Shown: positions 8,047 to 16,804, numbered from the stretch's first letter. The stretch: 32,000 bases of DNA from Prochlorococcus marinus str. NATL2A (GCF_000012465.1 NC_007335.2:1110001-1142000), one strand, 5' to 3'. Notes: a model not told the origin generated them from the letters alone. Made by a program: numbers and translations.

Positions 8047-8190
8047 ATGCTTCATTTGCCATTCTTAACCTTTGCTTTAGGAGGGGGAAGCCTCTCAGCA
8101 ACAATTGTCGGCGTTGGATCCCTTGTTCTCTTTGCACTAGTTGGTGTAATTGCTGGGCCAAATCTTTCTAAATTTGATTCTGAAGCTTAG
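8047..8190 (+). CDS. Mini membrane protein (47 aa), paralog of 4226..4333
   Basis: Hand translation gives MLHLPFLTFALGGGSLSATIVGVGSLVLFALVGVIAGPNLSKFDSEA plus stop. It is below the track cutoff. A plus-strand terminator lies ~110 nt downstream. Confidence 0.45.
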   Translation: MLHLPFLTFALGGGSLSATIVGVGSLVLFALVGVIAGPNLSKFDSEA

Positions 8191-8298
8191 GAAGATAGCC
8201 ATTAGTCAAAAGTCTTTTAGCTAAACTTCCTAATATAGAAAATATTTCTAGATTTTAAAAATCTATTTATTGAATCAAATTATTTAACCAAAACCTTT

Positions 8299-8336
8299 TT
8301 CCACCAGAGTTTTTAACCTTGGTGGAATTTTTATTT
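8299..8336 (+). terminator. Rho-independent terminator
   Basis: Stem TTCCACCA (8299-8306) pairs with TGGTGGAA (8320-8327), followed by TTTTTATTT. Confidence 0.55.
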
Positions 8337-8630
8337 AAATTTGAAAAAAACAAATACTTCAAAATTCATTACAAAAATCACTGAAAATCTAGATTAAAAT
8401 GAATATTGCAGAGATATTCAAAAAGAGCGCTATAGATTAGTAAAACTTATAGCTTGTATGATCATCCACTATAAGGCTTGATTAGTTGCAGCTTTGGCTT
8501 ATAAATTCTTATGAAATAAATTTTACAAAGTTTAGTCAAATGGAAATGAATCCTTATAAACCTTTGATACAAGCTTTAAAAAAAATCTACAAAAACTTTA
8601 AGTAAAAGGTCAGGAAAGTTTAAAGCGCTG

Positions 8631-10214
8631 TTAATGAGCCGATTTAAACTCCCCACCTCTTCCTCCAGCTTCTGATGCTTGTCCTATTCGAGAAAATAAA
8701 TTCAAGCTTTCATCATTTAAATTAATCACTTCAACCTCAGACCCCCCTAGTTTTATTCTTCTGATTACTTGGTCTAGAACCGTTACGCCGCTTTGATCCC
8801 AAATATGAGCTTCGGCCATATCTATTGTGATTTTTTTAGGATGTTCATGCAGTTCAAACCCTTGTCTAAAGTAAATGCTACTAACAAAAAATAATTGGCC
8901 TGAAACTTTATAAATCCTGTGGTCTTTCCCATTCAAAGAAGACTCAACCTTAATAACTTTTGCGACCTTTCTACTAAATAATATTGCTGCAAGTCCAACA
9001 CCAGAAAGAAGACCAAGAGCTAAATTATGTGTAATAACAGTTACGAATACAGTCAAAATCATAACTGAGCTATCGCTTCGAGGAATTCGGCGAATATCTT
9101 TAATTGAGACCCAACTAGCAGTATTTATAGCAATCATTATCATAACTCCAACCAATGTTGCCATTGGTATTTGATTTACCCAATCCTTAGCCGCAAGAAT
9201 CATTGCTATTAAACAAACACCAGAGCTTAATGTTGAAAGACGAGTTCTTCCCCCATAACCAACATTCATAACCGATTGTCCAACCAAAGCGCATCCAGCC
9301 ATACCTCCAAAAAGCGAACTAACAATATTTCCTATACCTTGCCCTCGAGCCTCAACATTTTTATTTGTACTTTTATCAGTCATATCATCAAGAATATCTT
9401 GAGTGAGAAATGTCTCCATAAGACCAACCAAAGAAATTGCTAGTGCTGTTGGAAGTATCAAACCAAGTGTTTCGAAATTAAATGGAACTTTTGGAATACC
9501 AAAGCTAGGTAATCCATTTGGGAGAATCCCTAAATTCGATACAGATGGAACATTTAATTTAAATACAATTGAAATCGCTGTACAAATAAAAATCGCGACC
9601 AATGCTGATGGCAAAAGCTTGGTAAATTTTGGTAGCAAATAGATAATTAACAACGTAAGTATGGTCAATCCCCAAACAGCAGGTAGCTGGACCGCAGTAA
9701 CAACTTTCTCAGAATGAGCTATGTCAATCCCCAAATGAGGCAATTGAGCAAGGAAGATCAATATTGCTAAACCATTTACAAAGCCATCCATAACAGGTTG
9801 AGGTACAAATCTCATCTGATGAGCAAGTCTTAAATACCCCCAAGCAATCTGAAGAACTCCCGTAAGCAATCCAGCAGCCAAAAGATATTGAAGACCAAGG
9901 CCAGGGCTAATATTTTCACCCTGTTGAACAATCCCAGTCATCAAAAGAGCAGTTGAACCAGTTACTGAGGTAATCATGGCCATTCTGCCCCCAAAAATTG
10001 CAAGGGTGACAGAAAGCAAAAAAGCACCAAACAGCCCAACTCTTGGATCAACGCCTGCGATACCAGAAAAAGCTATCGCCTCTGGGATCATTGCGAATGC
10101 AACCACAAGACCAGCAATAACATCGCGGGAAGGAGAGATAATTCTTTCCTTTGCCAATAAATTTTTCAATTTCAAAACTACGCTTCTACCATCCTGCCTT
10201 ATTAGACATGCCAA
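8631..10214 (-). CDS. SulP-family inorganic anion transporter with C-terminal STAS domain (sulfate permease / BicA-like bicarbonate transporter family)
   Basis: 527 aa. The N-terminal motif is [26 protein letters not shown], followed by ~10-12 hydrophobic segments and a C-terminal STAS-like region ([13 protein letters not shown]...[23 protein letters not shown]...). The start is uncertain because only TTG candidates exist: an in-frame TAA sits two codons upstream of the TTG at 10214. Confidence 0.9.
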   Translation of the reverse strand: MACLIRQDGRSVVLKLKNLLAKERIISPSRDVIAGLVVAFAMIPEAIAFSGIAGVDPRVGLFGAFLLSVTLAIFGGRMAMITSVTGSTALLMTGIVQQGENISPGLGLQYLLAAGLLTGVLQIAWGYLRLAHQMRFVPQPVMDGFVNGLAILIFLAQLPHLGIDIAHSEKVVTAVQLPAVWGLTILTLLIIYLLPKFTKLLPSALVAIFICTAISIVFKLNVPSVSNLGILPNGLPSFGIPKVPFNFETLGLILPTALAISLVGLMETFLTQDILDDMTDKSTNKNVEARGQGIGNIVSSLFGGMAGCALVGQSVMNVGYGGRTRLSTLSSGVCLIAMILAAKDWVNQIPMATLVGVMIMIAINTASWVSIKDIRRIPRSDSSVMILTVFVTVITHNLALGLLSGVGLAAILFSRKVAKVIKVESSLNGKDHRIYKVSGQLFFVSSIYFRQGFELHEHPKKITIDMAEAHIWDQSGVTVLDQVIRRIKLGGSEVEVINLNDESLNLFSRIGQASEAGGRGGEFKSAH

Positions 10215-10251
10215 TTCATATTAGTAAGAAGATCTTCTTACTAATATGAAT
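10214..10251. repeat. 38-bp perfect palindrome (19+19) abutting the SulP start codon
   Basis: The sequence is ATTCATATTAGTAAGAAGA|TCTTCTTACTAATATGAAT, checked base by base. It fills most of the 47-nt gap between the stop of 10262..10450 and the SulP TTG. Confidence 0.9.
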
Positions 10252-10261
10252 AAATGAATGA

Positions 10262-10450
10262 TTAATCAGACTCCTCTTTCCTTTCAATAAATGAATCCAT
10301 CAATTTTTTATATTCATTCTCTCTTGAGCTTTTTGCAAAGCCGACAATAAACACGATAGATGAAACGACTATCAATGCAAGTATTGTTGGACTTAGACCC
10401 ATTTCACTAGCAGTTAAAGCAAAGAATAAATGAGTTAGCATTAAATGCAA
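10262..10450 (-). CDS. Small membrane protein (59-62 aa)
   Basis: One transmembrane helix (LSPTILALIVVSSIVFIVGF) plus an acidic tail. The listed start is TTG, with an ATG at the 4th codon. It lies directly upstream of SulP on the same strand. Confidence 0.45.
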   Translation of the reverse strand: MHLMLTHLFFALTASEMGLSPTILALIVVSSIVFIVGFAKSSRENEYKKLMDSFIERKEESD

Positions 10451-10556
10451 AGATAATTTTAAAAAGACTAAGTTGAATAGGACAATCTTGAAAGATTTTT
10501 AGACAGAAGTTTATTTTTTACATAAATTAAAACCAATAATAGGAAAATAATTAAAT

Positions 10557-10853
10557 CTATTTTTCTTTTATTAAACGAACAAACTCTTCAGTAGTTAAGG
10601 CAGGTTTATACTCCCAAGTCATTCCAAATTTATCTCTCCAGGATCCAAAAACCTTAAATAAAATTGATGCACTTGAAGCTCTGCAAATGATCACACCTGT
10701 TCCATCTTGTGGCGTGTGTGCCCAAGTAATTCTCTCATAGCCATCAATAAGATCCTCAGATTTTCCACTTTCAACATAATCTACAAATGCTTCCGATGAA
10801 TAATTTTGATCCTCAGAAGATTCGAATTTCCAAGTAACTATATACAGCTGCAT
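10557..10853 (-). CDS. Conserved-looking small soluble protein (98 aa), function unknown
   Basis: Clean ATG-start ORF with globular composition (MQLYIVTWKFE...WAHTPQDGTGVIICRASS...). It might belong to a DUF family, but I cannot name one reliably. Confidence 0.6.
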   Translation of the reverse strand: MQLYIVTWKFESSEDQNYSSEAFVDYVESGKSEDLIDGYERITWAHTPQDGTGVIICRASSASILFKVFGSWRDKFGMTWEYKPALTTEEFVRLIKEK

Positions 10854-10889
10854 TGTTTTTTTTTGTAGAGATTTTATTCTATCTGAAAA

Positions 10890-11213
10890 TTATTTTTTAT
10901 CCCTGAAACCTGGCTCAAACTGCCTTCGTGCTGCCTGTGTTCTGAGTATTAACTGCCTTCCAGAACTAGAAAGAGTAAACCTCAAAGCTTTTCCAGACTT
11001 AAACATTGCCTCTCCAATTGCCCTCGTTCTTGATAATTCAATTTGGTAGGCCCTAGTAACGGCTCTCTCTGCATCAACATTTGCCAACTTTGCCTGTTGG
11101 GCCAAACGTTTAGTTTTTGATTTCGGAATTACTGAGAGTTCGCTTTCAGGTTCTGCCCACCTCCATAACCAATTAGAATTGGATTTTGTAATCGAAGAAG
11201 ATTTCTTAACCAT
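10890..11213 (-). CDS. Hypothetical basic protein (107 aa)
   Basis: ATG-start ORF that is Arg/Lys/Ala-rich, with GC content locally higher than the surrounding spacer. Confidence 0.55.
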   Translation of the reverse strand: MVKKSSSITKSNSNWLWRWAEPESELSVIPKSKTKRLAQQAKLANVDAERAVTRAYQIELSRTRAIGEAMFKSGKALRFTLSSSGRQLILRTQAARRQFEPGFRDKK

Positions 11214-11654
11214 ACCCCCATTCCCATAAAACGAAGAGTCATTTGATGACTCATAAAGACCTTAACCGCTATAGGCAAGAAAAAAGGATTAAAAATGCAA
11301 AAAAAAATGAAAGTTAAAAAAGTGCTTGATAATCAAAAACTAAAAAACTACTTTTTTAAAAAATGAAAATATCGTCTACCTACGATCATAAGAACAATTG
11401 TTGAAATCTAAAAAATAAAGTTCTTAAAAATTTAAAAAGATAGCTATGTAAATAAAATTATTGTCCTTTTTTCCTAATCAAAATTTAAAGGGTAACTCCA
11501 TTAAAGCCCAAAAATACAAAGATAAGTTAATTGCAATTGCAGCTCCTACTGTAAGTTTTTTCATACAAGGAAAAATTACTATATTTACAATTCAGCAACA
11601 AACTTTAATTTGAGAAAGTATTTATATTCTCATCAACACATTAGTCCTATATCT

Positions 11655-12011
11655 TTATAGGTTTTCAGGTAGAAAAAGTAGTCCTGACCTGCAATCATCA
11701 AGAAGTTCTCTGATTTTAACTAATTTTGAATCAAGTACTTGGTTAGCCTTTACAGAGATCCAAATAGGTTCTATCAATTCATTTTCTGGTCCAAGTCTTA
11801 CGCGAGCTCCAAACCAATTTGCATGTGAAGGTATTGATGCTCTGCATTGTGTCTCATTAATAGTTAAATCAACCTTTCTCTCTATAAGCCAATCATCAAC
11901 AAAAATCAAATTAGTAAACTTATTCAACCCAGCATTAACTGAATTAGTAAGACACGAAATCAAGAGGGCCCAAAAAAAATAGTTCTTCAAAAACTCAGAA
12001 GTGCTTATCAC
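11655..12011 (-). CDS. Hypothetical secreted/periplasmic protein (118 aa)
   Basis: GTG start. It has a signal-peptide-like N-terminus (FFWALLISCLTNSVNA|G) and two Cys residues in the mature part. Confidence 0.5.
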   Translation of the reverse strand: MISTSEFLKNYFFWALLISCLTNSVNAGLNKFTNLIFVDDWLIERKVDLTINETQCRASIPSHANWFGARVRLGPENELIEPIWISVKANQVLDSKLVKIRELLDDCRSGLLFLPENL

Positions 12012-12043
12012 TTCAGTTTATCTAGAAATAGTCTTAAAAAAAA

Positions 12044-12115
12044 TGGGTCGCCTGAGATTCGAACTCAGGACCAGCCGGTTAAAAGCCGGATGCTCTACCA
12101 CTGAGCTAGCGACCC
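12044..12115 (-). tRNA. tRNA-Lys (anticodon UUU)
   Basis: The reverse complement is GGGTCGCTAGCTCAGTGGTAGAGCATCCGGCTTTTAACCGGCTGGTCCTGAGTTCGAATCTCAGGCGACCCA (72 nt). The anticodon loop is CT-TTT-AA and the T loop is TTCGAAT. A T8 run immediately follows the 3' end on the minus strand. Confidence 0.95.
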
Positions 12116-12327
12116 CTTTCAGACCAATCTAATAGTCCAATATGAAAAATATCATGTTGGCGAAGCATTAATGACTTTAATGTTCCTTTTTGAGGACTAT
12201 AAAACAATAAAAAGATATTTTTTTTCCTTCCTCATTGATTTTTAAGATATTTCTGAAGTCTTAATAAATAGTTGAGGGACATGAGAATATTATTTAATTA
12301 AGCTTCTAAAAAGAAAAACACGACAGC

Positions 12328-13731
12328 TTGAAAGAATATCCATCGGTAACGGTAATAGGCGCTGGTCTAGCAGGATCAGAGGCAGCATGGCAAATAGCAA
12401 GCGCAGGAATAAAAGTAACCCTCTTCGAAATGCGCCCAAAGAAGAAATCCCTAGCTCACCACACATCAGAATTTGCAGAATTAGTTTGCAGTAACAGTTT
12501 TGGAGCGCTTAGTAGTGATAGAGCAGCAGGGCTTTTACAAGAAGAGTTAAGAACATTACAGTCCATTGTTATTAACAATGCTGATAAATACTCTGTCCCT
12601 GCAGGAGGGGCACTTGCAGTCGATAGAAGTCAATTCAGTCTGTCCATCACAAATGAAGTATCTTCTCATCCCCTAATAACAATCATTAGAGATGAGTGTC
12701 CTTGTCTACCGAAGGCTCACCAGATAACAATTTTAGCCACAGGTCCTTTAACAAGCGAGTTGCTTGCGAAAGACATCAAAGAATTTACAGGTGAAAAAGA
12801 ATGTCATTTTTTTGATGCCGCTAGTCCAATAATTACTGGGGAAAGTATTGATTTTTTAACAGCATTTCGGGCAAGTAGATACGACAAAGGCGATGCTGAT
12901 TACGTTAATTGTCCGATGAATGAAGACTCATATATAAAATTTCACTCTGAATTAATCAAAGCTGAACAAGCTGAATTAAAAGATTTTGAAAAAGAGTCTG
13001 CTAATTTTTTTGAAGGTTGCCTTCCCATAGAACAACTTGCAAAAAGGGGAATAGAGACTATGCGTTATGGGCCATTAAAGCCAATAGGAATTTGGGATCC
13101 TAGATGGGGTGATGTGAATGACAAAAGTATTCGTAGGCTTAAAAGAGCCCATGCGGTCGTTCAATTAAGACAAGAAGACAAGGCTGGTAAATTATGGAAT
13201 CTCGTTGGATTTCAAACAAATTTAAAATGGGGAGAACAAAAACGTATATTCAGGATGATTCCAGGCTTATCAAAAGCAGAGTTTATTCGTTTTGGTGTTA
13301 TGCATAGAAATACTTTCATTGAATCTCCAAAACTCATAGAACCAACGCTCCAGTTCACAAATAGAAAAACGTTGTTTGCTGCTGGACAACTTACTGGCAC
13401 AGAAGGTTATGCTGCTGCTGTTGCGGGAGGTTGGTTGGCAGGAACCAATGCCGCATTGTTAGCCAAGGGATTAGATACAATTACTTTGCCATCGTCTACA
13501 ATGATTGGAGCATTGACAAATTTTGTAAGTAATAGTCAAGCAAGTTTACGAGTTAAAAATAAAAAGAACTTTCAACCAATGCCAGCCAATTTCGGAATAC
13601 TACCTGAACTCGATATTAGAGTTCACAACAAACGTGAAAGATATAAAGAATATCGAGATAGAGCCTTGAGACAAATAAAGAAGCTTCGGGAAACTTTATT
13701 GGATAAAAGCTCTTCTCCTACGAACATTTAA
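12328..13731 (+). CDS. trmFO: Methylenetetrahydrofolate--tRNA-(uracil54-C5)-methyltransferase TrmFO (Gid)
   Basis: 467 aa. The N-terminal FAD motif [18 protein letters not shown], plus CSNSFG and [20 protein letters not shown], are typical of TrmFO. TTG start. Confidence 0.92.
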   Translation: MKEYPSVTVIGAGLAGSEAAWQIASAGIKVTLFEMRPKKKSLAHHTSEFAELVCSNSFGALSSDRAAGLLQEELRTLQSIVINNADKYSVPAGGALAVDRSQFSLSITNEVSSHPLITIIRDECPCLPKAHQITILATGPLTSELLAKDIKEFTGEKECHFFDAASPIITGESIDFLTAFRASRYDKGDADYVNCPMNEDSYIKFHSELIKAEQAELKDFEKESANFFEGCLPIEQLAKRGIETMRYGPLKPIGIWDPRWGDVNDKSIRRLKRAHAVVQLRQEDKAGKLWNLVGFQTNLKWGEQKRIFRMIPGLSKAEFIRFGVMHRNTFIESPKLIEPTLQFTNRKTLFAAGQLTGTEGYAAAVAGGWLAGTNAALLAKGLDTITLPSSTMIGALTNFVSNSQASLRVKNKKNFQPMPANFGILPELDIRVHNKRERYKEYRDRALRQIKKLRETLLDKSSSPTNI

Positions 13732-13746
13732 TTTTTTTCGCACATT

Positions 13747-15309
13747 ATGACTCAATTATCAAATAAAACAAAAGATTCTTGTAATTGGGATTCGATAGTT
13801 ATTGGTTCCGGTCTGGGTGGTTTAGTAACTGCAAGTCAACTAGCAAGCAAAGGTGCAAAAGTGCTTGTGCTGGAACAGTATAAGATTCCTGGTGGAAGTG
13901 GTGGATCATTTAAAAGAAAAGGATTTACTTTTGATGTTGGAGCATCAATGATCTTTGGGTTTGGTAATAAGGGATACACAAATTTACTAACGCGAGCTCT
14001 TAAAGATGTTGGTCAAAAATGTGAAACGATCCCTGACCCAACACAATTGGCATATCATCTACCCAATCAATTAGAAATTTCAGTTGATAGAGATTATCAA
14101 AAATTTATTACCAAGCTAATAAATTTATTTCCCCATGAAGAGAAAGGAATAAAACATTTTTACGAAACATGTTGGGATGTATTTAATTGTCTAGATTCAA
14201 TGCCTTTACTTTCAATAGAGGATCCTGCATATCTTATGAAAGTTTTTTTTAAATCACCTTTATCTTGTCTTGGATTGGCTAGGTGGTTGCCAGTAAATGC
14301 AGGTGATGTTGCCATGCGATATATTAAAGATCCTGATCTTTTAAGATTTATAGATATTGAATGTTTCTGCTGGTCAGTTATGCCTGCCAACTTGACTCCT
14401 ATGATAAATGCAGGAATGGTCTTTTCTGATAGGCATTATGGAGGTATTAACTATCCCAAAGGAGGTGTAGGAGTTATTGCAGAAAAGTTAGTGAAGGGAA
14501 TTAAAAATCTGGGGGGGGAAATCAGATATAAATCCAGAGTAAAAAAAATAATTTTTGAGAAAGGAAATGCCATAGGTGTTTCCCTTGAAAATGATGAAGA
14601 AATTTTCAGTAAAACAGTGGTCTCTAATGCTACAAGATGGGATACTTTTGGTGGTCAGGGGATTAAGAGTCCACTTGTAGCAACAGAGAACAAACCAACT
14701 TCTGAGAAAAAATGGGAAAACAGATACATCCCCTCCCCCTCATTCTTATCTCTACATTTAGGAGTAAATGTAGACTCTATACCTGCTAACACACATTGCC
14801 ATCATCTACTTCTCGATAAATGGGAAGAAATGGACAAAGAACAGGGAGTTACTTTCGTATCAATACCAACTCTCTTAGATCCCACATTGGCACCTTCAGG
14901 TAGCCATATTGTTCATGCTTTTACTCCTTCTTCAATAGATAACTGGGATGGATTAAGCAATAAAGAATATCTTGCAAAGAAAAAAGAAGATGGGGACAAA
15001 CTTATTTCAAAGTTAGAGCGATTATTTCCTAACCTAAGTCAAAATATTCTTCACAAAGAGATAGGAAGTCCAAGAACACATAAAAGATTCCTTGCAAGAA
15101 ACAAAGGAAGTTATGGACCAATTCCATCAATGAGATTACCAGGCCTTCTCCCTATGCCATTCAACACTACTAAGATTAATGGACTTTATTGTGTTGGAGA
15201 TTCGTGCTTCCCTGGTCAAGGTTTAAATGCCGTGGCTTTCAGTGGATATGCATGTGCTCACAAGATCGGCACAAAGCTTGGTATGAACAAATGGGAGCTA
15301 CCAGAATAA
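13747..15309 (+). CDS. crtH: Carotenoid (prolycopene) cis-trans isomerase CrtH / CRTISO family FAD oxidoreductase
   Basis: 520 aa. From memory, DSIVIGSGLGGLVTASQLASKGAKVLVLEQYKIPGGSGGSFKRKGFTFDVGASMIFGFGNKG closely parallels the CRTISO/CrtH N-terminus. The gene starts 15 nt after trmFO, so co-transcription is likely. Confidence 0.85.
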   Translation: MTQLSNKTKDSCNWDSIVIGSGLGGLVTASQLASKGAKVLVLEQYKIPGGSGGSFKRKGFTFDVGASMIFGFGNKGYTNLLTRALKDVGQKCETIPDPTQLAYHLPNQLEISVDRDYQKFITKLINLFPHEEKGIKHFYETCWDVFNCLDSMPLLSIEDPAYLMKVFFKSPLSCLGLARWLPVNAGDVAMRYIKDPDLLRFIDIECFCWSVMPANLTPMINAGMVFSDRHYGGINYPKGGVGVIAEKLVKGIKNLGGEIRYKSRVKKIIFEKGNAIGVSLENDEEIFSKTVVSNATRWDTFGGQGIKSPLVATENKPTSEKKWENRYIPSPSFLSLHLGVNVDSIPANTHCHHLLLDKWEEMDKEQGVTFVSIPTLLDPTLAPSGSHIVHAFTPSSIDNWDGLSNKEYLAKKKEDGDKLISKLERLFPNLSQNILHKEIGSPRTHKRFLARNKGSYGPIPSMRLPGLLPMPFNTTKINGLYCVGDSCFPGQGLNAVAFSGYACAHKIGTKLGMNKWELPE

Positions 15310-15330
15310 TTACAAAGATAATTCTAGAAA

Positions 15331-16095
15331 TTATGTCGGCAAATTATCAAGACTAAACCTATAGCCATGCTGGCGAACAGTTGTAATTCCTCCGCCATCA
15401 CCTAGACCTGCTTGTTCCAGTTTTCTTCTAAGCGTCAAAACCTGCGTATCAACTGAGCGAGGACCACCGCTAAACGGTGGCCAAGCCATTCGAAGCAGCT
15501 CATGACGGCTTCTTACCATGCCAGGCGGCATCAACAAGGCACACAACAAAGCAAATTCCCTTGGACTTAGTTCTACAGGTTTCTCGCGCAAGGTGACCTG
15601 TCTGAGAAGAAGATGAACCTCAAGAGGACCAACGGCGACACGTTCTTGTAAACCAATTCTTCCTCTCTTAAGTAAAGTCCTGCACCTTGCAGCTAGTTCT
15701 TCCAAGCCAAAAGGTTTCCTTAAAACATCATCAGCGCCATCATCTAAAAGGCCTACAACAGGTTCAACTCCTGTTCTTGCTGTTAGAACAATCACTGAAC
15801 ATCCCAATTGTTGTGCCAGTCGGAGAGCAGAGCTTTTTTCTAATAGCTCTGCACTAACTAATAAATCAGGTGATTGGTCTCGACATAGGTCAACGGCCTC
15901 CTCAGCTGAACCTACTGCTGCGGCCAGCTGTCCATCTTGCCTAAGCCTTTGAACCAAAACAGTTCTGAGAGTTGGATGTGGTTCTACAACAAGCACCTTG
16001 GATGGTGATTGTGTGGTTGCTTGAATAGGAGAAGAACCTGTGGGAGATCCTTGGATTTGCTCAGTGGCAAGCTGATCTGCAGGTATTAATGTCAC
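15331..16095 (-). CDS. OmpR/PhoB-family response regulator with a degenerate (pseudo-)receiver domain; orphan, with no adjacent kinase
   Basis: 254 aa, GTG start. The C-terminal winged helix is LSPREFALLCALLMPPGMVRSRHELLRMAW...SVDTQVLTLRRKLE...TTVRQHGYRF. The receiver keeps VLTAR and RKPF, but has VVEPH instead of VVDDD/VVEDE and PDLLVSAELL instead of PDLxLLDxxLP. GC content is markedly higher than in neighbouring genes. Confidence 0.9.
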   Translation of the reverse strand: MTLIPADQLATEQIQGSPTGSSPIQATTQSPSKVLVVEPHPTLRTVLVQRLRQDGQLAAAVGSAEEAVDLCRDQSPDLLVSAELLEKSSALRLAQQLGCSVIVLTARTGVEPVVGLLDDGADDVLRKPFGLEELAARCRTLLKRGRIGLQERVAVGPLEVHLLLRQVTLREKPVELSPREFALLCALLMPPGMVRSRHELLRMAWPPFSGGPRSVDTQVLTLRRKLEQAGLGDGGGITTVRQHGYRFSLDNLPT

Positions 16096-16183
16096 AACTT
16101 AGAAAAGTAGACCCTTAGACTGGAAAAGATATTAAAGCAAACTGTTCGCTGACTATCAAGAATAGTCTCTGTCTTAGCAAACC

Positions 16184-16453
16184 ATGACATCTTTTGATTC
16201 TCCAGAGAGCATAAAACACTTCCAATCAATTTGTGATGCCTGTCAAGAGTTAACAAGCCGATACTATAGTCCATCTGAGCTAAGGATCTATGCAGATGGA
16301 TATTTGCATTCCCTCAGGAATTGCAAGCGATTAGACTCTAGGGATCAAGAGAAGTTAGAAGCATTAATTGATAGATGGATTATGGATCCTTCAAGCTTTG
16401 TTGGTCCTGATGGCGACATTAATAACCTCTTTTTCAAAAAAGAACAAGGATAA
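16184..16453 (+). CDS. Small conserved-looking hypothetical protein (89 aa)
   Basis: ATG-start ORF transcribed divergently from the response regulator. The sequence is soluble and includes CDAC. Confidence 0.6.
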   Translation: MTSFDSPESIKHFQSICDACQELTSRYYSPSELRIYADGYLHSLRNCKRLDSRDQEKLEALIDRWIMDPSSFVGPDGDINNLFFKKEQG

Positions 16454-16470
16454 AAATCAAAAGTCACAAG

Positions 16471-16794
16471 TTATGAAGCTAGTGCAATTTCTAATTTTTC
16501 TTTCAATTCTCCAGAGTTATACATGCTTATCAAAATATCTGACCCTCCCATAAATTCTCCTTTTAAATAGACTTGGGGTATTGTCGGCCAATTTGAATAT
16601 TCTTTTATACCCTCTCGGATTTCCATATCAGAAAGGACATCAAACGTTTCAAAGCTCATCCCCAATGAATTTAGAATTTGAACAACATTGTTAGAAAAAC
16701 CACATTGTGGCATCAATTTATTGCCTTTCATAAAAACAAATATTGGTTTTGAATTAATTAAGCTTTCAATCTTTGAGCGAGTGTTGGAATCCAT
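16471..16794 (-). CDS. grxD: Monothiol (CGFS-type) glutaredoxin, Grx4/GrxD family
   Basis: 107 aa. The active site is PQCGFSNNVVQILN, with WPTIPQVYLKGEFMGGSDI downstream. Confidence 0.93.
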   Translation of the reverse strand: MDSNTRSKIESLINSKPIFVFMKGNKLMPQCGFSNNVVQILNSLGMSFETFDVLSDMEIREGIKEYSNWPTIPQVYLKGEFMGGSDILISMYNSGELKEKLEIALAS

Positions 16795-16804
16795 AACGAG
16801 AAAA

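Noticed and set aside
8249-8400. AT-rich palindromes TAGATTTTAAAAATCTA (8249-8265) and AATCTAGATT (8386-8395), plus recurring AAATCTA/TAGATTT words
   Set aside because: They consist almost entirely of A/T in a spacer with very low GC. Such short palindromes are expected by chance, and I cannot show enrichment without a computation.
9403-10224. Plus-strand ORFs 9403..9642 and 9976..10224 from the track
   Set aside because: They lie entirely antisense within the well-supported SulP gene, so they are shadow ORFs.
11478-11564. 28-aa hydrophobic minus-strand ORF (MKKLTVGAAIAINLSLYFWALMELPFKF), possibly a small photosystem or cytochrome subunit
   Set aside because: It does not match any small subunit sequence I can recall (PetN, PetM, PsaM, PsbM and similar). 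It is too short to support without homology or expression data.
13212-14390. Minus-strand ORFs 13212..13400 and 14160..14390
   Set aside because: They are antisense shadows inside trmFO and crtH.
15310-15330. AT-only hairpin (ATAATT/AATTAT) between convergent crtH and the regulator as a bidirectional terminator
   Set aside because: It is a 6-bp all-AT stem with no flanking T/A runs of note, which is too weak to call.
16092-16553. ORFs 16092..16274 (-) and 16368..16553 (+)
   Set aside because: They overlap the better-supported 89-aa ORF and the glutaredoxin gene, and their sequences are low-complexity and implausible.
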